Source: Candidatus Micrarchaeaceae archaeon | GTDB taxonomy: Archaea; Micrarchaeota; Micrarchaeia; Micrarchaeales; Micrarchaeaceae | Length of the DNA stretch: 10,224 nt | Assembly (NCBI GenBank): GCA_050013715.1 | Contig: JBEKES010000032.1 | Coordinates: 1 to 10,224, forward strand | Reading direction: 5' to 3' | Part shown: piece after piece, positions 6,055 through 10,224 of the stretch | How the letters are laid out: each line of letters opens with the position of its first letter | Position numbering within the stretch: the stretch's first letter is position 1 | Program-made: the position numbers and the translations under genes | Notes under the pieces: generated by a model | The model's input: only the letters and a program-made list of their open reading frames with translations | The model's database searches: none | Told to the model about the DNA's origin: nothing

Positions 6055-7140
6055 CTAATCTAATTCTTCTATTACAAGATCATGGAGCTTGGGCCTTACC
6101 TGCTTGATTTTTTCGTTTAGCCTTGTCGGATATATTCTATTGGTAAGAAATACCACAAAAAGTTTCCTCTTCGGATCTATCCAAAGAGAAGTGCCTGTGA
6201 ATCCTGTGTGGCCGTAGCTGCTTTTGGAGAAATAGTTTCCAGATGAAGAATTCTTCGTAGGCACATCCCATCCAAGTGCACGCGATGAATTGTTGATGGT
6301 GTATCTTTTAATGAATTTTTTTATTATCTTTTTATCAAGTACTCTATGTCCTTTGTATGTTCCCTCGTTCAAAAGCATCTGGGCGAATTTGGATATGTCA
6401 TCAGCTGTAGAGAAAAGCCCCGCATGACCTGAGATTCCGCCCATTGCCCAGGCTTTTATGTCATGTACTTCTCCATGGATCAATCTTTTGCGATAAGTAT
6501 TGTCGATTTCTGTGGGTGCAATATTTTTAATGAGGTTTCTTGGAGGATTAAACATTGTGCTCCTCATTCCAAGAGGCAGAAAGATGTTCTTTTTTGCAAA
6601 GGTGTAGAGTGATTGATTTGTAATTCTTTCGATAATCTCTCCCAACAGTATGAAATTTAGATCGGAATACTCTATAGATCTATCTGGTTCGTGTGACAGA
6701 TGATTATGTATTACAATATCAAGGAACTTCTCCCTGTCCTTTATCAATCTGTAATGGTGAAGATGTGAGGCCAATCCAGAACTGTGCAGCAGAAGCATTT
6801 TCACTGTTATCCTCTTCCTCCATTTGTAGTTGTTTTTGATTAGCCATTCCGGTATGTATTTGTATATGGGATCATTCAAAGATATCTTCTTTTTCTGGAG
6901 CAATATCATAATCGAAGTAGTTGTCACTATGGGCTTTGTAAGCGATGCAACATCATATATTGTTTTAGAAGTTACGTTTTGAGAGTTATTATCGTATGTT
7001 AATTTTCCGAAAGGATAAGTTGCTAAACTATTGCTAAATCCAATTGCAAGCACACATCCTGGGAACACACTATCCCTAATGGAGCTATCTACAAAAGAAA
7101 AAACATTGCTGAACTTGATGTGTTGTTTTTCAGGGCGCAT
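6055..7140 (-). CDS. Serine hydrolase, beta-lactamase class C / AmiE-YfeW-like family
   Basis: SxxK (S66-L-T-K69), Y158-S-D, LLLHSSGL, GEVHD, GHAGLFS and H311-T-G-FTGTSLWIDP, FLTNR motifs. Confidence 0.93.
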   Translation of the reverse strand: MRPEKQHIKFSNVFSFVDSSIRDSVFPGCVLAIGFSNSLATYPFGKLTYDNNSQNVTSKTIYDVASLTKPIVTTTSIMILLQKKKISLNDPIYKYIPEWLIKNNYKWRKRITVKMLLLHSSGLASHLHHYRLIKDREKFLDIVIHNHLSHEPDRSIEYSDLNFILLGEIIERITNQSLYTFAKKNIFLPLGMRSTMFNPPRNLIKNIAPTEIDNTYRKRLIHGEVHDIKAWAMGGISGHAGLFSTADDISKFAQMLLNEGTYKGHRVLDKKIIKKFIKRYTINNSSRALGWDVPTKNSSSGNYFSKSSYGHTGFTGTSLWIDPKRKLFVVFLTNRIYPTRLNEKIKQVRPKLHDLVIEELD

Positions 7141-7172
7141 ATAGTAATTATATTTATTGTGAATTTATTACT

Positions 7173-7940
7173 TTATTGTAATTTGTTCCTTATGCTTCTA
7201 CCGCTTCTATATGTTTTATCTTCTAATCTCTTGCCACTATTTGCAAGAAATTCAAAATTATTCTTGAAACCCTCATATATTCCTAAATCTGGTATATATC
7301 TAATTAAGGCTGAAAAGCCTAGTTCAATATATTCTCCTGCAAGTCTTATCCAGTGCCCTTTCATCAAATCAGGGTGTTTTGCCGATTCATACTCTATATT
7401 GAAATTTATGTGCTCAGACATCATCTGTCTTCCAAATGTAATTCTTGTTCTTGGTTCTTGAAAAACAGATGTTATTAACGTAAATCCCGATACTTGATCT
7501 TTTAAAGTCGATATTACCTGTCTGATGTTGTCCACGGTGTCTATTGAGTCTGCTAATCTTGCTATCTTATCTTTCGGTATATTATTGGTTCGTAAGGAAA
7601 TTGAAAGAGACGAAACTTCCTTATCTGTTCCACATAGCAAGAAGAAATCATTTCCTTTATTAAGTTCTATTGCCTTTTCCACACGCCTCTTGTTTATCCT
7701 GCTGTCACCATCGCCAAATATAACTATGACCCTTTTTTTGCCTTTTGCAGAGGTTTCTGATTCAATAAATTCTTTTATTTGCTTCCTTGCAATATCTGTG
7801 TTTTGGGCTCTTCGTTTTGATCTATTGTAAACTTCTTTGCTCTTTTGGTGATATTCATCTGTAACAACACTCCTTGTCTGTTCTACGTCTACTCCATGAG
7901 CGCTAGTTGTAGCATTTCTTTTATTTTCCTTATATACCAA
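7173..7940 (-). CDS. DUF218 / YdcF-ElyC-SanA-like protein with N-terminal extension
   Basis: VIVIFG, RRVEKAIEL, LLCG, SIDTVDNI (S.nT.EN), LITSVFQEPR (LVTS..H..R) and late EY motif. TTG start with AGGTAA upstream. Confidence 0.7.
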   Translation of the reverse strand: MVYKENKRNATTSAHGVDVEQTRSVVTDEYHQKSKEVYNRSKRRAQNTDIARKQIKEFIESETSAKGKKRVIVIFGDGDSRINKRRVEKAIELNKGNDFFLLCGTDKEVSSLSISLRTNNIPKDKIARLADSIDTVDNIRQVISTLKDQVSGFTLITSVFQEPRTRITFGRQMMSEHINFNIEYESAKHPDLMKGHWIRLAGEYIELGFSALIRYIPDLGIYEGFKNNFEFLANSGKRLEDKTYRSGRSIRNKLQ

Positions 7941-7986
7941 ATTATTACCTAGTATAATTGCCTCTTACTAGATATTTAAGATTAAC

Positions 7987-8451
7987 CTAATTAGTCAAAC
8001 TGTTCCAATTTTTAATTAGTTCTGCAAGCGCATTAATATCATGTACTATTTTGACATCAGATCTTGCCAGCTTTGTCTGGATCTCAATGTCCTCGATTCT
8101 TTGATATTGTTTATCAATTCCTATGAAGATTGTTTTGTCAGTTGATGTCCATTCGCCCAGTTCGTATAAAGTTATAGGGCTAAGCGTTTCCTTGGAAAAC
8201 CAGAAAGAGATTGCATCTGCCTTTTTCATGTATTTTCTTTCCCAGCTGATTTGCTCTTCATCGTATTTGCTATTGCTTGTATGAAATACTTTTCTTCTCG
8301 GATTTAAAATTACGAGATCTTCGTCTTTAAGCAATCCGATGATAACGCTTTGCCAATCTGCCGCTCCTGTTATACTACCAGCCAGAAAGATACTTTTCTT
8401 AGATCCCTCATATTCCTGCGGCGCTTCTATGTATAGCATATATTCAACCAT
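7987..8451 (-). CDS. Nucleoside 2-deoxyribosyltransferase-like protein (Nuc_deoxyri_tr2 type)
   Basis: SIFLAGSI....WQ, LNPRR, QI.WE......AD.I.FWF...T.SPITLYELG. Alternative start at ATG 8439. Confidence 0.88.
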   Translation of the reverse strand: MVEYMLYIEAPQEYEGSKKSIFLAGSITGAADWQSVIIGLLKDEDLVILNPRRKVFHTSNSKYDEEQISWERKYMKKADAISFWFSKETLSPITLYELGEWTSTDKTIFIGIDKQYQRIEDIEIQTKLARSDVKIVHDINALAELIKNWNSLTN

Positions 8452-8501
8452 ATTATTTGTGTAATCTATTTATTTTATTATGTGCAATACTTATTGATTT
8501 A

Positions 8502-9302
8502 ATGGTTGATTCAAAGGTTGTTTTGGTAACCGGAGCTTCATCAGGATTTGGCAAAAGCACAGCTACACTGCTTTCCCAAAGCGGATATGCTGTATTCGGG
8601 ACCAGCCGAAAGCCCAATGCAAAGGGAAATGGCTTCCAAATGCTGCAATTGGATATTGATTCAGATAAATCAGTAAATGCATGCATTTCCGAATTAATTA
8701 AAAAAACAGGACGCATTGATGTCCTTGTGAATAATGCCGGTTACATAATTACTGGAGCAATAGAGGAAACTACCATTGAGGATGCAAAGTCCCAATTCGA
8801 AACAAATTTCTTTGGCGTATGTCGAATGGTAAATGCTGCACTTCCAATAATGAGAAAACAGAAAAGCGGCCAGATAATTAACGTTGGCTCTCTGGCTGGC
8901 ACCTTTCCTGTGCCTTTCCAGGGGATGTATGCAGCAACAAAGGCTGCATTACTTGCTTATTCTGAAGCACTGCTAAATGAAGTAAAATCGCTCAACATAA
9001 ATGTGTCCCTGATAGAGCCAGGATACTTCAATACTGGGATAATGGACGATGTAATGACCAGCTCAAAGAACATATCTGAATACAATCAAGCAAAGAAAAC
9101 TGTTCTTTCAAAGCTCAGGAAAGAAATAGAGAATGGCGGCAATCCTGAAATGATTGCAGAAACAGTTCTAAAATTAATCAAGTCAAAGTCGCCAAGATTC
9201 AGAAATGCCGTTGGCAAGGAGAAGAATTTTCTAATTGCAAAAAGGCTGGTTCCTGATTCTGCGTTTGAGTCATTGGTAAGGAATCACTGGAAGCTGGACT
9301 AG
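8502..9302 (+). CDS. Short-chain dehydrogenase/reductase (classical SDR, probably NADP-preferring)
   Basis: TGASSGFG, GTSR, IDVLVNNAG, NFFG, catalytic YAATK and IEPG. Start moved to ATG 8502 (MVDSKVVLVTG). Confidence 0.95.
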   Translation: MVDSKVVLVTGASSGFGKSTATLLSQSGYAVFGTSRKPNAKGNGFQMLQLDIDSDKSVNACISELIKKTGRIDVLVNNAGYIITGAIEETTIEDAKSQFETNFFGVCRMVNAALPIMRKQKSGQIINVGSLAGTFPVPFQGMYAATKAALLAYSEALLNEVKSLNINVSLIEPGYFNTGIMDDVMTSSKNISEYNQAKKTVLSKLRKEIENGGNPEMIAETVLKLIKSKSPRFRNAVGKEKNFLIAKRLVPDSAFESLVRNHWKLD

Positions 9303-9310
9303 CGAAACTG

Positions 9311-9736
9311 CTATTTCTGCACTTTTCCAAAAGTCTGCTCCCTGAGCCTTTTAAGCGTTGCTGTGGTAATGTTGTGGCCTGTTTTATGTGATCCGTACCA
9401 TCCTTGCTTTTTGTATATTTCCAGAACAAAAGGATTATTGCAAAGCAGATTTCCTCCGGTTATCTCAACTATGGCCTCCCAGCGCGTTAGGAATGGTATT
9501 TTCTCCTCATCAACAACAATATGTTCGAAAGGCACGAATCCCTTCAGCATTCCGGAAACCTCAATCTTTTCATCACCCTTTACATAAGCAACTGTTATTT
9601 TTTCATCCACTTTTGTTCTGGTTATTTCTTCTAGTTTAGCCGTTAATGTATTCATTACTCCCTGGTCCATTGGTCCTCCTTTCCTTATCTTCAGTTCGAA
9701 AGGTTTTTCCAATCTTCCCATTTCCTTTGTTGGCAT
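9311..9736 (-). CDS. Hypothetical protein, possible Sm/LSm-like beta-barrel
   Basis: 141-aa ORF with strong SD AGGTGA (9748-9743) and TATA TATATATT (9774-9767). KITVAY......VSGMLKGFVPFEHIVVDE resembles an Sm1 motif, but the fold call is tentative. Confidence 0.75.
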   Translation of the reverse strand: MPTKEMGRLEKPFELKIRKGGPMDQGVMNTLTAKLEEITRTKVDEKITVAYVKGDEKIEVSGMLKGFVPFEHIVVDEEKIPFLTRWEAIVEITGGNLLCNNPFVLEIYKKQGWYGSHKTGHNITTATLKRLREQTFGKVQK

Positions 9737-9839
9737 ATCTCATCACCTAACGCTTATCACATTTCAAATATATATGCTTTTACATTAATTTGATGTATAA
9801 TGTCCAAGAGTCCAATAATTGGGGCGTATCCAAAGCCCT

Positions 9840-9857
9840 TTTAACCTATAGGTTAAA
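9840..9857. promoter_or_regulatory. Perfect 18-bp palindrome TTTAACCTATAGGTTAAA, putative transcription-factor site
   Basis: Equals its own reverse complement and sits in the divergent intergenic region 9737-9930. Confidence 0.6.
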
Positions 9858-9930
9858 TAGTATAATATAACTTAAAACAAAGTAAGATATAAACAAATAA
9901 AGTGAATTTTCTACTTTTTAGGTGAAGAAA

Positions 9931-10224
9931 TTGAAAGAATTTAAAGAGCTTAATCTAAAGCCAGAATTACTAGAAGCACTAAGATTAATGAACTTCCACA
10001 ACATGACCGAAGTTCAGGAATTGTCGATACCTGTAATTCTGCAACGCAAGGACCTAGTAGTGCGATCAAAGACGGGAAGCGGAAAAACAGGGGCATTTCT
10101 TGTTCCAATATTCCAATCCATAGAACACAAAGGGCACACCCAGGCATTGGTGATAGTTCCAACGAGAGAATTGGCTCTTCAGGTAACCACTGTAGCCGAT
10201 TCATTGGGGCGCAAGGGAAGAATA
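9931..10224 (+). CDS. DEAD-box ATP-dependent RNA helicase (CshA/DeaD/RhlE-like), 3' end outside window
   Basis: Manual translation from TTG 9931 (SD AGGTGA 9920-9925): MKEFKELNLKPELLEALRLMNFHNMTEVQELSIP (Q motif)...SKTGSGKT (motif I)...ALVIVPTRELALQV (motif Ia). Confidence 0.96.
   Translation, partial: MKEFKELNLKPELLEALRLMNFHNMTEVQELSIPVILQRKDLVVRSKTGSGKTGAFLVPIFQSIEHKGHTQALVIVPTRELALQVTTVADSLGRKGRI

Noticed and set aside
6055..7140. Clinical-type AmpC antibiotic resistance gene
   Set aside because: Has YSD and HTG rather than YxN and KTG, lacks a signal peptide, and carries AmiE/YfeW-type motifs.
7987..8451. Thoeris/TIR-like antiviral signalling system
   Set aside because: The motifs fit the NDT-like family and no partner defence genes are adjacent.
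9790..9845. C/D-box sRNA
   Set aside because: Only an imperfect C-box-like TGATGT is present, with no CTGA D box.
1777..10204. Short overlapping ORFs from the track (1777-2019, 2265-2489, 2546-2788, 2757-2945, 3087-3305, 3333-3533, 4147-4359, 4266-4601, 4773-5003, 7120-7461, 7525-7830, 8453-8716, 9199-9429, 9363-9587, 9388-9639, 9950-10204)
   Set aside because: They are antisense or off-frame shadows of better-supported genes or the tRNA, and have no recognisable motifs.

Overview
AT-rich, tightly packed archaeal chromosomal window. The archaeal call rests on TATA-box promoters, GGTGA-type Shine-Dalgarno motifs, several apparently leaderless genes and a tRNA without encoded CCA. Gene content and style suggest a DPANN lineage such as Micrarchaeota (inference). 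From left to right it holds: the 5' part of a class I PLP aminotransferase (minus strand, missed by the ORF track, probable ATT start), a small TGA-interrupted ORF, a membrane-anchored Q/N/G-rich low-complexity protein, a small membrane protein, a stand-alone SpeD-like pyruvoyl decarboxylase, a cupin, tRNA-Pro(CGG), a YciI-like protein, an orphan, an ArsR-SRPBCC pair with an operator-like palindrome, a PH plus degenerate rhodanese fusion, an AmiE/class C beta-lactamase-like serine hydrolase, a DUF218-like protein, a nucleoside 2-deoxyribosyltransferase-like protein, an SDR, a possible Sm-like protein, and the 5' part of a DEAD-box helicase (also missed by the track). I found no mobile element, CRISPR array or clear multi-gene novel system. 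The best leads are single genes or sites: the prion-like surface protein, the variant SpeD, the ATT start, the TGA-split ORF, the bacterial cell-wall-type hydrolase, and the Sm-like/DEAD-box divergent pair with an 18-bp palindrome.
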